From assembly GCA_963807965.1 (NCBI GenBank), contig CAWEDU010000017.1, positions 207,452 to 271,451 of the forward strand: a DNA stretch of 64,000 nucleotides. Direction: 5' to 3'. Positions 10,123 to 20,356 of the stretch are shown here, piece by piece (the stretch's first letter is position 1; the number at the start of each line of letters is the position of its first letter). The notes under the pieces are model-generated. The model ran no database searches and was not told the origin of the DNA. It saw only the letters and a list, made by a program, of their open reading frames with translations. The position numbers were made by a program, and so were the translations under genes. Source of the DNA: an uncultured Thermoplasmatales archaeon (lineage in GTDB: Archaea > Thermoplasmatota > Penumbrarchaeia > Penumbrarchaeales > Penumbrarchaeaceae).

Positions 10123-10162
10123 ACAGTTAACAACTGTGAGTTGTATAATATCACGGTGATAT
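10123..10162. promoter_or_regulatory. Two perfect palindromes (ACAGTTAACAACTGT and ATATCACGGTGATAT) next to A/T-rich TATA-like sequence, directly upstream of hsp20. Putative heat-shock repressor operator/promoter.
   Basis: Read directly from the sequence 33-72 nt upstream of the hsp20 ATG at 10090. acagtt/aactgt and atatcac/gtgatat are exact inverted repeats. TGTATAATA and TATAAAAA sit adjacent. Confidence 0.4.
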
Positions 10163-10343
10163 AAAAATTTTTTGTTTAGAATATTAGGGATGGGAACACC
10201 CCCACTTGGACCTGATCAATATCTTGATCGATTCAAAATCTGTCATAGAAAGATTGAATAATATGATAAAACAATAATAATTATCAAGAACTTGAAAGGA
10301 GTATGGTAATCTGAAGTCGATAAAGGTTCTATTTATCATTATT

Positions 10344-11186
10344 TTGATCTCAACCTCCCTGGGTTGTCTTTTTAATGAAACCCAAGATGAATTGGGTCCT
10401 GCTCCAGTAATATTCATCTCGGAAACATATCCAAAAGAAGGAGATAAGCTGATTTTCAGATGTGAAGGTTCCTTCGTTGATGGTTCAATCGAAACATACC
10501 AATGGAAGATCTTCAACGATGAAGATGAGGTTATTTTTACGAATGATAGCATTGATTTCTACTTCACATTTAAAGAGGCAGGGAGTTACAGAGCGGAATT
10601 GGTAGTGATAGATGAAAACGGAAGGACTGGAAATGCAACACAATCGATAGTGATCTCTTCCAAATTAACTTCCAAGGAATTCACTTTTGATATCTATCCC
10701 GGGACCTTTACATTCGAGATCAATGAAACCTTTGACAACGGGGATTTCAGATTCAATTATACTGGCTATATGATCAATGGAATATGGAACCCTGAGATCA
10801 GGATCACCCATATTATTATGAATAAAACCCTTGGAATATTTTGGAATTTTACAAAAGGATCCATGAATGCGGGATGGGGTTTCAGGTCAACAATTATTGT
10901 CCTTACCTCTGATTATGTGATGGTAGAGATCGAAGATATTGACCATACGAATTTTTTCGGTTATGGGATTTTTTACCAATTGAAAAACAACTCTACATTT
11001 GGTTTCCAATGTGGTCATACAATAAAATGGATAGCATATTTCCAGGAGAATGATACGGCCGAATTGGAGATTATAAAAGATGATCTCTCTTCCATCATGT
11101 ATGTGGAAAGGGTGAAAAATACGGTTGTTGGAACAATAACCATACGTGTGAAAAGTAAGGATATCATCATGTTCTTTCCACAGTAG
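10344..11186 (+). CDS. Secreted PKD-domain protein with a lipoprotein-like N-terminus; many N-glycosylation sequons.
   Basis: A PKD-like block (IFRCEGSFVDGSIETYQWKIFND..FTFKEAGSYRAELVVIDENGRTGNAT) is present. The upstream in-frame sequence KSIKVLFIIILISTSLGCLF is signal-like but has no ATG, so the true start may be a non-ATG codon near 10296-10340. Confidence 0.6.
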   Translation: MISTSLGCLFNETQDELGPAPVIFISETYPKEGDKLIFRCEGSFVDGSIETYQWKIFNDEDEVIFTNDSIDFYFTFKEAGSYRAELVVIDENGRTGNATQSIVISSKLTSKEFTFDIYPGTFTFEINETFDNGDFRFNYTGYMINGIWNPEIRITHIIMNKTLGIFWNFTKGSMNAGWGFRSTIIVLTSDYVMVEIEDIDHTNFFGYGIFYQLKNNSTFGFQCGHTIKWIAYFQENDTAELEIIKDDLSSIMYVERVKNTVVGTITIRVKSKDIIMFFPQ

Positions 11187-11197
11187 GAGAATTGGTC

Positions 11198-12037
11198 TTA
11201 ATAAACATCAAGGTCCTTGCCGAAAACAACCTTCCCATCGTATGATCCGTTGATCTCGGCCAGAAGGTCCTCCGGAGAGACTCCCCAGAGGAGTTGATGA
11301 TAGAGAACAGTCAATTCCGGACGAACCTCATTCAATATCTCTGAAAGCTCCTGAGAAGAGGTATGGGCATTCGAGTGATATCTCTTCCATCCCGGATCCT
11401 TTCCCTCAAAACCTCTGGTCGAATACACTTCATGAACAAGCAGGTCCAGGTCCCTGTAATTATCAACAAGGTCCTTTGTGGGGGCACAATCTCCCGAGAT
11501 AGCAATTACCCTGTCCGGGGTCCTTATCCGATATCCAAATGCATGTTCGAAGGATGTGTGCTTGACCCTGAAAGCATGAACTGAGATCCTATCATCCTTG
11601 TACACTGGTCCTTCCTCTATCTCTCTGACATAGACCCGGTGACCAGTTCCATTTGCATGTTCCAGTCCCTCAGTCCTTACCTTGATATCTTCCTTGAAAG
11701 CTTCGTGAATATGCTCCATCATCGATGAGGTCCCGGAAGGACCGATCACTTCCAGAGGATCACTTCTCCCCAGGACCCATGGTGCGAGCAGCAGGTCCGG
11801 TAATCCCGTTGTATGGTCAGAATGAAGGTGGGTTAGGAATACTCTGTTTAATCTGGGAAGTTCCAGTCCTTTGATACCACTTCTGCAGGCAGATTCTGCT
11901 CTTCTCACCAAACCAGGTCCGGCATCGAAGAGATAGGGGCGATCATCTACAATGACCGCAACACAGGACCCTGACCTTTCGGATTCGGAATTTGGTGTTC
12001 CTGTTCCAAGCAGGACAACCTTGGTTCTATCAGTCAT
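11198..12037 (-). CDS. MBL-fold metallo-hydrolase (RNase Z/beta-lactamase superfamily).
   Basis: HxHxDH motif THLHSDHTTG; typical size of 279 aa. Confidence 0.8.
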   Translation of the reverse strand: MTDRTKVVLLGTGTPNSESERSGSCVAVIVDDRPYLFDAGPGLVRRAESACRSGIKGLELPRLNRVFLTHLHSDHTTGLPDLLLAPWVLGRSDPLEVIGPSGTSSMMEHIHEAFKEDIKVRTEGLEHANGTGHRVYVREIEEGPVYKDDRISVHAFRVKHTSFEHAFGYRIRTPDRVIAISGDCAPTKDLVDNYRDLDLLVHEVYSTRGFEGKDPGWKRYHSNAHTSSQELSEILNEVRPELTVLYHQLLWGVSPEDLLAEINGSYDGKVVFGKDLDVY

Positions 12038-12041
12038 GAGA

Positions 12042-12698
12042 TCACCTGCTCTTACCGACCCCTACTCTCTCACAAATACCGTTCACTACACATTGTGAAC
12101 ACAATGGAGATACTGGTTTGCATATGTTCTGGCCCCATACGACTAGGAGATCGTTGATCTCGATCCAGAGGTCAAGGGGGAGCTTATTTCTCAAAGCCAT
12201 CTCCGTCTCATCCGGTGTTTTCGTTTCCACATAACCGAATCTGTTGGAGATCCGGTGGACATGGGTATCAACACAAATTCCGGGCTTATCATAACCCATG
12301 GTTATGACAAGGTTCGCTGTCTTTCTTCCAACACCTTTCATTGAAAGAAGGTCATCTAGCTCAGCAGGGACTTCTCCATCGAATCTGTCCAGAAGGTCCT
12401 TGCATACTGAATGGAGAGTTGAAGCTTTGTTCCTGTAGAAACCTACTGGATAGATAAGTTCCTGGATCCTGTCAGTGGTTAGAGCCAGTATACCCTCAGG
12501 AGTATCAGCTTCCTGGAACAACCTTTTTGATGCTTCTGATGTCACTTCGTCCTTTGTCCTGAGAGAGAGTATGGTCCCGATAAGGATCCTGAACGGGTCC
12601 TTTCTCTTCAGGATCATCTCTGATATTAGTGGGGGTCTGTACTTCGGGTATTCCTCTTTGATGATTTCGAGCGCCTTCGAGATACCCCGATCGTCCAT
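12042..12698 (-). CDS. nth: Endonuclease III (HhH-GPD DNA glycosylase with a 4Fe-4S cluster).
   Basis: HhH-GPD core ([22 protein letters not shown]) and a C-terminal CX6CX2CX5C cluster ([17 protein letters not shown]). Confidence 0.85.
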   Translation of the reverse strand: MDDRGISKALEIIKEEYPKYRPPLISEMILKRKDPFRILIGTILSLRTKDEVTSEASKRLFQEADTPEGILALTTDRIQELIYPVGFYRNKASTLHSVCKDLLDRFDGEVPAELDDLLSMKGVGRKTANLVITMGYDKPGICVDTHVHRISNRFGYVETKTPDETEMALRNKLPLDLWIEINDLLVVWGQNICKPVSPLCSQCVVNGICERVGVGKSR

Positions 12699-12741
12699 GT
12701 CCTGTGAATGAGCATTATGTTTTAAATCGGTTTGTTAGATC

Positions 12742-14415
12742 TCATTTCTCTCTTGGGTATGGCCAGGCCATGATGCCCCCTTCCATAACCAAAACATTGG
12801 TATAGCCAAGTGACTGGATGTATCTGGCACCTTCATAACCTCTGAGAGAGATCTTGCAATACGTTATGATCTCGGCATCCTTGTCCTTTGGAAGCTCGTC
12901 GATCCTCTTCCTCAATGCTCCCAGTGGGATGAGGACCTCTCCAATCCCCAGCCTCATTGCCTCGAACTCGTTGGGTCCTCTCATGTCGATCAAGAAGGGT
13001 TTCTCTCCGGCATCCAGTTTCTTCTTCACATCAATCGCTGAGATTCCATTCATCAATCCACGCATCTTGTTCTGGAGCACATGGGAGACTGCGATCATAT
13101 TGTCTATTGCAAGTGTGAAGGGAGGGGCGTAAGGGAGGTCGGCATTTACCATATCTTCCACTGTCATACCAGCCTTTACCGCTATTGCAGCTTGTGCGAC
13201 CTGCTTTGAAACATCCCCTGGTCCAAGGCACTGAAATCCAAGTATCCTCCCAGTCTTTCTATCGGCTGTCATCTTGCTGATAAGGAGGAGGCCACCCATG
13301 AATCCCGGTTTATCAGGTCCTGTCGATATCACGCTGATCGGATCGAAACCTGCTTCTTTTGCCTGTTTCTCGGAAAGACCTGTCGTGCCCGCCTGGTAAT
13401 TGAACACTTTGCAAACTCCTGTGAGTATTGTTCCCGGGAATCTTGCAACATTCCCTGAAATGACGTTCTCACCTGCGACCCTTCCCTCCAGGTTTGCAAG
13501 GTCCCCGTAGGGAGCCAGGACCTTCTTACCTGATACAAGGTTTGGGATCTCAATGCAGTCTCCGATGGCATACACACCAGGGATCGATGTTTCCATATGA
13601 TCATTGACCTTGATGCCCCCTGTCTGACCTATCTCGATCCCGGCGTTCCTTGCAAGGTCGACATTTGGCTTGACCCCAATTGAGACAACTGCAAGTTCGC
13701 ATGGGAGCTCAGTGCCGTTTGCCAACTTCACACCTGTGAGCTTTCCATCCTCTCCCAGGAATTCTGCCACCGCATTGTCGGTGATCACATTTGCGGCCCA
13801 GTTCTTGATATTGTTCTCCAGGATCTTTGCAAGTTGCCAGTCCAGGAACATCAGGATCTGGGGCATCATCTCAATGACAGTGATCTCAATTCCAGCAAGG
13901 TGAAGAGCCTCACATGTTTCGAGACCAATGAGACCTCCTCCCACAACAACAGCTTTCTTGATCTTTCCATCATCCCTGACCTTTCTCAGGTAGTCTGCAT
14001 CCCTGAGGGATTGAAGGGTTGTGATCCCTTCAAGGTCCAGACCTCTTACCGGGGGCATTCGTGGAACGGCTCCTGTTGCAATTATAAGCTTATCGTAGGA
14101 GATGGTCCCCTTTTCTCCCGTTTTCAGGTCTTTATAAGAAACCGATCTTCCTTCGATATCTATCCCTGTTGCCTCTGTATTCGTAATTGCCTTTATATCC
14201 TTGGCATTCTTGAAGAAATTCGGATCTCTGACGACTCCAGTGGGAGTACAGATAAGCTTGCTCCTTTCGTCAAAGACTCCTCCGACATAGTAAGGGTATC
14301 CGCAGGAAGCCATCGATAGGTCGTTCTCCTTCTGGATTATCGTGATCTCAGCTTCCGGATCGAGCCTTCTTGCCCTGGATGCAGCCTTGGGTCCCGCAGC
14401 CGAACCGCCGATCAC
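12742..14415 (-). CDS. CoA-disulfide reductase/NADH-oxidase-family pyridine-nucleotide-disulfide oxidoreductase with a C-terminal rhodanese domain. The annotated GTG start lacks the first beta-strand; the true start is probably the out-of-frame ATG at 14433-14435 across a poly-A indel.
   Basis: Dinucleotide-binding motifs (VIGGSAAG..ARRL; VVVGGGLIGLE), the redox-active Cys region, and a rhodanese-like C-terminus (FLIDMRGPNEFE...YCKISLRGYEGARYIQSLGY). Upstream in-frame codons encode ERKKIVVIGG with no ATG. ATGAGAGAAAG-AAAATAG is one A short of encoding MREKKIVVIGG. Confidence 0.8.
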   Translation of the reverse strand: MIGGSAAGPKAASRARRLDPEAEITIIQKENDLSMASCGYPYYVGGVFDERSKLICTPTGVVRDPNFFKNAKDIKAITNTEATGIDIEGRSVSYKDLKTGEKGTISYDKLIIATGAVPRMPPVRGLDLEGITTLQSLRDADYLRKVRDDGKIKKAVVVGGGLIGLETCEALHLAGIEITVIEMMPQILMFLDWQLAKILENNIKNWAANVITDNAVAEFLGEDGKLTGVKLANGTELPCELAVVSIGVKPNVDLARNAGIEIGQTGGIKVNDHMETSIPGVYAIGDCIEIPNLVSGKKVLAPYGDLANLEGRVAGENVISGNVARFPGTILTGVCKVFNYQAGTTGLSEKQAKEAGFDPISVISTGPDKPGFMGGLLLISKMTADRKTGRILGFQCLGPGDVSKQVAQAAIAVKAGMTVEDMVNADLPYAPPFTLAIDNMIAVSHVLQNKMRGLMNGISAIDVKKKLDAGEKPFLIDMRGPNEFEAMRLGIGEVLIPLGALRKRIDELPKDKDAEIITYCKISLRGYEGARYIQSLGYTNVLVMEGGIMAWPYPREK

Positions 14416-14670
14416 AACTATTTTCTTTCTCTCATTGATATTAACGCCTCCGATATTGATCCGGGAATATATTCATTGAATATAACTGTATAGCTACTGG
14501 ATAAAAAACATATAGCATGTGACTAACAATATGAATCAATGTTATTTTTCAGATCATTATTAGGTATATTTGTTACATGCGTTAGTCCAGGAAAAAATAG
14601 AAAATAAATGAGTCCCATCCCCAATGGTTCCTAAAGAGGTGTTGTTATAGCCCTGGATAGATTTGGCTAT

Positions 14671-15400
14671 ATGGATCTGGAGTTCGGACAGATCTTCGGA
14701 TCCTACAGAAGGGATTTCGTCCCTCTTGAAGCTGGCATCCTTATCAGCGATGGTAATGGAAAAGTGATCGACATAAGGGGAACCGAGTTCGATTTCGATG
14801 GGGAACTTGTTGTCAGAAAGAACTCTTGTGATTCTTTGGGGAATCCGATCGGGTTAGAGGAGAAGGTCTACAATCCATCACAGAAATGTTCCAAGTCCTA
14901 CGATCCAAGGTTCAGGATCTCCCATAAAGAGCGACAGGAGATAAGATCTATCGCCAAGAAGACTTTCAAAGCTCTGGGTGGTTTTTGTGAGGATGTTTTG
15001 GCGGAGCATGATCTGGAGGAAATGGTTTTCTACGGAGCGCAGGAGGACCTTAACCTTCTTATGAAAGCTGGAATGGATGTATCATCGATAAAGGTCAATG
15101 ACCTTCAAAAGGTATTGAGGAAGGAAGTGGGTCAGGACCTATCTCTGGACAAGATCTCTCTTGCCATGGGTTTTAAAACGGATGATACAAAGATCCTTTC
15201 ACACCATTTCCATTACGAACTACCCTCAGAGTCACAGTCAACATCTTGAACCACACATGGCTCTAGGCGATGTTGCGAGAATATTCCTTCTCCATAGAGA
15301 GATGGAGTTTCACAGGGACCATCTTATCTCATCTGCAAAGGACCTATTGGACAAGATAGAGAGCTACAGGAACAGTGATGAGGAGGTACCAATCTTTTAA
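14671..15400 (+). CDS. DEDD-type 3'-5' exonuclease-like (RNase H-fold) protein with degenerate motifs, split by a frameshift between 15161 and 15249.
   Basis: ORF1 carries an Exo-II-like FYGAQEDLNLL. ORF2, in a different overlapping frame, carries an Exo-III-like H-x-A-x-x-D-V (EPHMALGDVARIFL). The assignment is tentative. Confidence 0.3.
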
Positions 15401-15405
15401 GGTGT

Positions 15406-16582
15406 CTACTGGGCTCCTGTTGCTCTTGTAAGGTCAGTTACATTCGATCTGGTGAAGAATCCGTCAAAGTCTCCGTAACGGTGTATGTATTCGTTTACAA
15501 GGAAGGTATTCTTGCTTCCCTTGGTGAAGGTTTGCTTTAAGCCTTCCTCTAAAGATCCCACAAGCTCCAGATAGGAATTCCATTCCATCCTGAATGAGAC
15601 CCTCGTAGGTGTCCTCGATATTCTCTGTATGGAACGCTACATGATGGACCCTTGGTCCGTAGTTGTGAACATATTTTTCAGTCGGACCGCACTCCTCTAA
15701 GCTTGTGAAAGGTGAGATGCCAGTGGTGAATACCTGTGCATAGTCCTTATCCGAGAGCCTGGCAACGTTGGTGATCGAATTGAAGTTCTTAACATAAATG
15801 GCAAAATCGAACTTGTAATTGGTGAGTTCCATGAACTCTATGATCGCTGCATCCCGGTTCTGTGATTCCAATCTGGTTGCTGCATGATCAAGATATTTGA
15901 CGTTCTTCAGATAGTCCGATGTGGATTTCTCCAGACCAAGATCGATCTCCACATCATCATTGGAGATGTAGGTACCCTTCTTTCCTTTCCATTCGATGAA
16001 ACCGATCGAATTCCCCGTGAATGAAGAGGGGATGGTCTGAATGAAGGAATATTCATCCGTGTGAACAATATCTTCCGTAAGGAATCTTACACCTCTTTCC
16101 TTCTGGATCCCGAAATACTTCTCAATATCCAAGGTCTCGAAAACCAGTGTCTCCAGTCTGGAGTTCAGGAGGTCCTTTGTTTTTGGGGCTATGTTATAAG
16201 GTAAGAATGGGTTTTTTCCAGATCTTCTATATCTGACTATGAAATCCGCGGAATCATCTACCTTCAAAACAGCTTCTTTTTTACACTCGTTCTCATATGA
16301 TGAATGAAGATTTAGGCCTGTGAAGTCCAGGAGTTCTTTGACTGCTGAATTGAAATTAATTCCTTCTGTATTGATGATGACAGCATTGAGTCCCTTGACC
16401 AATCTGTCAAGACCGAATTCTCTTCGATTATCAATAGCCATGGGGACCGATCTCGAGAGAACCTCATCAGAGTTCTTGAAATCCTGTGGATCTAATGGTG
16501 TGGGACCACATTCTTCGAAATAAAAAGCATCGATCCTTTCAACATATTCCCTCATTATTTCGGGGCAGATCTGTTGACTCAT
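15406..16582 (-). CDS. VOC-superfamily dioxygenase, 4-hydroxyphenylpyruvate-dioxygenase-like, frameshifted near 15585-15600.
   Basis: VHHVAFHTENIEDTYEGLIQDGMEFL is a VOC/HPPD C-domain signature. The overlapping ORF 15406..15588 encodes an HPPD-like C-terminus (LKQTFTKGSKNTFLVNEYIHRYGDFDGFF resembles LLQIFTKP..FFEIIQRKGDDGFGEGNF). Confidence 0.5.
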
Positions 16583-16642
16583 TGTCGGTCACCCATCTCA
16601 AACTCTCAAAGGGATTGATATTTATTATTCTTTTCAAACGGA

Positions 16643-17242
16643 TCAAAGAGAGGTCAGGTAGATCTGCAAGATCAAAAAGAATAGAGCCTGCACAAAGAGA
16701 TAGTGTATTGCAAGGTCCGATCTGCACTTCAATCTCATCTTGAGGAACGAATAGGAAAAGACAGTAGCGATCAAGAACCAGGCCACGTAGTTCTGGATAG
16801 GAATGCTACCTCCTGACCAATTCCAGTAGTCAAGTTTGATCGCTACGGGTTCAAGGAAGAAATCGAATAGAGTGGATATACCTCCTCCAATGATGGATGC
16901 AATATAGATATTCGGCGAGATCTTATTTGCAATAATTACCGCACCCACCACCACAAGCACCCAGTTGAATCCGATCACCAGTGGGACCTCCAAGATCATG
17001 GGTCCCAATGTGGGACCGTATGTATACTCCCCAAAAACAGCTCCAGTGGCAACACCAATGGCTTCGATGGAGAAAGTGATGATATAGGTGATCGACACCC
17101 ACATCAGGAATCTAAGATCCCTCTTCACAATGGAGGGATGGATGATGAATATCCCCATGCCCAGGAGGAATATTGGTGTTAGGGATATCATGAGGTCATG
17201 GGTTTGGGGAATCCAATGTCCAATAATACCAACTGAGAACAT
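16643..17242 (-). CDS. Carotenoid-biosynthesis-associated polytopic membrane protein (DUF422/CruF-like family).
   Basis: The 199-aa protein has about 6 TM helices. It sits immediately downstream of crtB/crtI in the same orientation. The family assignment is tentative. Confidence 0.45.
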   Translation of the reverse strand: MFSVGIIGHWIPQTHDLMISLTPIFLLGMGIFIIHPSIVKRDLRFLMWVSITYIITFSIEAIGVATGAVFGEYTYGPTLGPMILEVPLVIGFNWVLVVVGAVIIANKISPNIYIASIIGGGISTLFDFFLEPVAIKLDYWNWSGGSIPIQNYVAWFLIATVFSYSFLKMRLKCRSDLAIHYLFVQALFFLILQIYLTSL

Positions 17243-17307
17243 GATGTAAATGATAGCAGGAGGTATGTATCCTTTCCATGCCTGGAAAGATTTTAAAGAA
17301 GACCGGT

Positions 17308-18132
17308 TTAAATCGTCAATTTCTTTCCGATCAGATTCCCCACGATCCTCAACTTTGATGGTTTCACCTTCTTTCTGTATATGACCATTGGATCCTTTCT
17401 GATCCTTCCCGCCGTCCAGTTGTACATATCAGATGCGTTCATGACCGGTATCCTGTATCTCTTCTCCAGTGCATCGAAACCCTTTTCCGCCTCTTTCTGC
17501 CAAACCTCATATCTGTCAAGTTGGGATCGGATGAATCTCCTGAAGGCATCCTTATCATTCTCGATGTCCTTAAACTTCAGACCCCTTAGACCTGACTTTT
17601 CTATCTCTTCTGTGGGGAGATACCTTCTACCAAGATGATTATCTTCCTCGATATCCCTTATGAAATTGATATACTGCATTGCCTTCCCAAGCGAACGTGC
17701 ATGCTTGAAGAAGCCCTCATCCACATCAAGTATCCTTGACATCATCAGGCCCACGACCTCTGCAGAGCCGTAAATGTATTCCTCGACCTCCGCCAGTGTG
17801 TCATAGGTGGATTTGGTAATGTCAAGCTCCATGGAATGGAGGAAAGCCTCAACCCATTCCTTTTCGAATTTCTTTCGATGTGCAAGGTTCGTGAAGCAGT
17901 CTAAGACCTCATCCCCGATCATCTCTCCATCCCATGAACGGCAGAAATCATCCTGGAATTTACAAAAATCATCCTTTCTCTGAGGGACCGCATCCACATG
18001 GTTATCAGCAACCCTTACGAAACTGTACAAGATAAAGACATCATCCCTTACCTTTGCAGGAAAGAATATTGAGTTGTAGAAGTAGGTCTTCGACCCCTTC
18101 TTGAAGATCTCATAGAACCTGTTTTTTTTCAT
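17308..18132 (-). CDS. crtB: Phytoene synthase (squalene/phytoene synthase family).
   Basis: Asp-rich motifs YSFVRVADNHVD and YINFIRDIEED; 274 aa; adjacent to crtI. Confidence 0.8.
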   Translation of the reverse strand: MKKNRFYEIFKKGSKTYFYNSIFFPAKVRDDVFILYSFVRVADNHVDAVPQRKDDFCKFQDDFCRSWDGEMIGDEVLDCFTNLAHRKKFEKEWVEAFLHSMELDITKSTYDTLAEVEEYIYGSAEVVGLMMSRILDVDEGFFKHARSLGKAMQYINFIRDIEEDNHLGRRYLPTEEIEKSGLRGLKFKDIENDKDAFRRFIRSQLDRYEVWQKEAEKGFDALEKRYRIPVMNASDMYNWTAGRIRKDPMVIYRKKVKPSKLRIVGNLIGKKLTI

Positions 18133-19586
18133 CTTTCAAGATCTCCTCGACAAGTATCTTTGATGATATCAACACCATTGGGACGCCGATACCTGGATGT
18201 GTATATTGCCCTGTATAATAAAGGCCTTTTACTCTTTTAGACCTGTGTGATGGCCTGAATATGGCAGTTTGGGTCAAGGTATGGGCAAGACCTAGTGCTG
18301 TTCCTTTATATGCATTATACAAATCAGAAAAATCCCTGTGGGTTACCACCCTTTTACTGATAATGTGGTCCTTAATTTTCTCCCCTAGAAGATCTTCCAG
18401 ATGTTCTATCGTTGCATTGAAGTATCTCTCCCTTATCTCATCAGTGTCATCCAGACCTGCAGCTACCGGGACTAGGAAGAAAAGGTTCTCACAACCTTCC
18501 GGAGCAACGGTAGGATCAGTTTTTGATGGACAGCAGATATAATAGGATGGATCCTCGGGCCAACCGGGTTTGTCGAAGATCGACTGGAAATGCTCATCCC
18601 AGGAGGGTGAAAGGAAAAGGTTGTGATGGGTCAGTCCCTCGATCCTCTTGTCCAAACCGATGTAGATAAGAACACAGGAGGGAGCGATCTTTTTCCTTTT
18701 CCAGTATTTTTCGCTGTAAGTTCTGTATTTCTTCTCCAGCAGATCGAGTTCGGCATGGGGGTAGTCAGCATTGATGATTACCAGATCTGATTTGAGTTCG
18801 CTCTTGGTTGTTTTTACCCCCTTCCCCCTTCCTTTTTCAACAATTATCTCCTTCACTTCCTCATTGAACCTGAATTCAACCCCCTGCTCCGTCCACAACT
18901 TCCTGAAGGATCGGGCAAGTTTCCCCATACCTTCTATCGGATACCAAACTCCCAGGTTGAAGTCCACATGCGACATCAGAGCATACATTGCCGGACTCTT
19001 GTTGGGGCTCCCCCAAGGAAGACAATGGTGTATTCCAGTATCTTTCTCAGGTCCTTATCCTTGATGAATCTCTTGGCATATGTGTCAAGGCTGTCGAATA
19101 CGTGGAGTTTCGTTCCCTCTATCATCAGCTTCTTACTGGCGAAATCGAAAATGGAGTTGTATTCCTTGTAAATGAACTCCCCCATGGCGATCTTGTATTG
19201 GTAAGCCGCAGAATCAAGATAATCCTGAAGCTTTCTGCCCCCCTCCTCCTCGATGCTGTCGAAGAGTTCCTTGTTTTTCTCCAGGTCAGCGCTGATATCC
19301 AGCCTTCGGTCATTGGAGTAGAAAACCCTGTAGTTTGGGTCCAGCCGTTTCAGTTCATAGTAATCGGTCACCTCTTTCCCGAATTCCCTAAAAAGGTCCT
19401 CGAACACCTCTGGCATCAGATACCATGAGGGACCCATATCGAATACGAACCCTTTGTCCCGATGAACAATGGCACGTCCCCCGGTTGATCGTTCTTCTCG
19501 ACAACCGTAACATCATGCCCTTCTTTCGCAAGCAGAGCTGCCGCGGTCATTCCTCCGAATCCAGCTCCCACTACAATGATCTTCAT
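18110..19586 (-). CDS. crtI: Phytoene desaturase, interrupted by two -1 frameshifts, each at a G5 homopolymer (about 19010-19014 and 19478-19482).
   Basis: The N-terminal frame gives [36 protein letters not shown]. It continues in ORF 18976..19437 ([13 protein letters not shown]...FLGGAP) and then in ORF 18110..18988 ([24 protein letters not shown]...). Adding one G at each run restores QPGGRAIVH and [16 protein letters not shown]. Confidence 0.8.
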
Positions 19587-19638
19587 GACTTCCCCAACAT
19601 TCCATAAAGATGTTAAAATATATAAAATCGAACAAATA

Positions 19639-20355
19639 CTATTCTTTCGAGGAAGATTTGGAGATCTTCTTGAATGATCTCACCGCTAGCAGGTATATGA
19701 ACAGATAAATTGTAAGAAGTGAGAAGTTATAGAAGAAATCCTCCAGAGGAATGGTGAAGAACCTTCCATTGAAAAGGCCGTCACCTCCCCAAATGTGTTG
19801 AGATGAATATTCGACGATGGGTATGGCAGTAAGCACCATGTTGAAGGTTGTAAACAGAACGAGGGTGATCATTGTGTATATCCAGAACCTTCTTGATGTA
19901 AAAAGAGACCCGTCTGGCAGGGAAATGATCATTATCATCAATGAGGTACAGATCAAGACCACGAAGGTATAACCCTGATCGATGAACAGGAAAGCAGAAG
20001 CCCCTATCAGAACTGCAGATCCTATGTAGATGAACCTGTTGAACGGGACCTTCCATTCCTTGAAATAATGCACGATCACTTCATAGGTAAAGAGACAGGC
20101 ATAGGGCACTGTTATAAAGAAAAGGAACTCCTCGAGAGGGATACCAAAAATCCAGATACCTGTCAGATGCTCCTTGTTGAAGGACCAGTGTCCAATTCGG
20201 TTACTATCGAATCCCATGTAATGAAGATTGCTCCCCGAGGATCATGGAAACAGCCAAGGTGATCGCCACCTTTTCCAAAAGGTGATCCTTCGGTCAAACG
20301 AGAGAATGAATGGAAAAAAAATCACAATGATATCGAATATCAGATAAGTATACAT
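19639..20355 (-). CDS. crtY: Fused lycopene cyclase domain protein (CrtYcd type), N-terminal region frameshifted.
   Basis: Two PxE(E/D)F motifs ([15 protein letters not shown] and [13 protein letters not shown]). An N-terminal piece [30 protein letters not shown] lies upstream (20266..20355) in another frame near an A8 run (20314-20321). Confidence 0.65.
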
Positions 20356-20356
20356 C

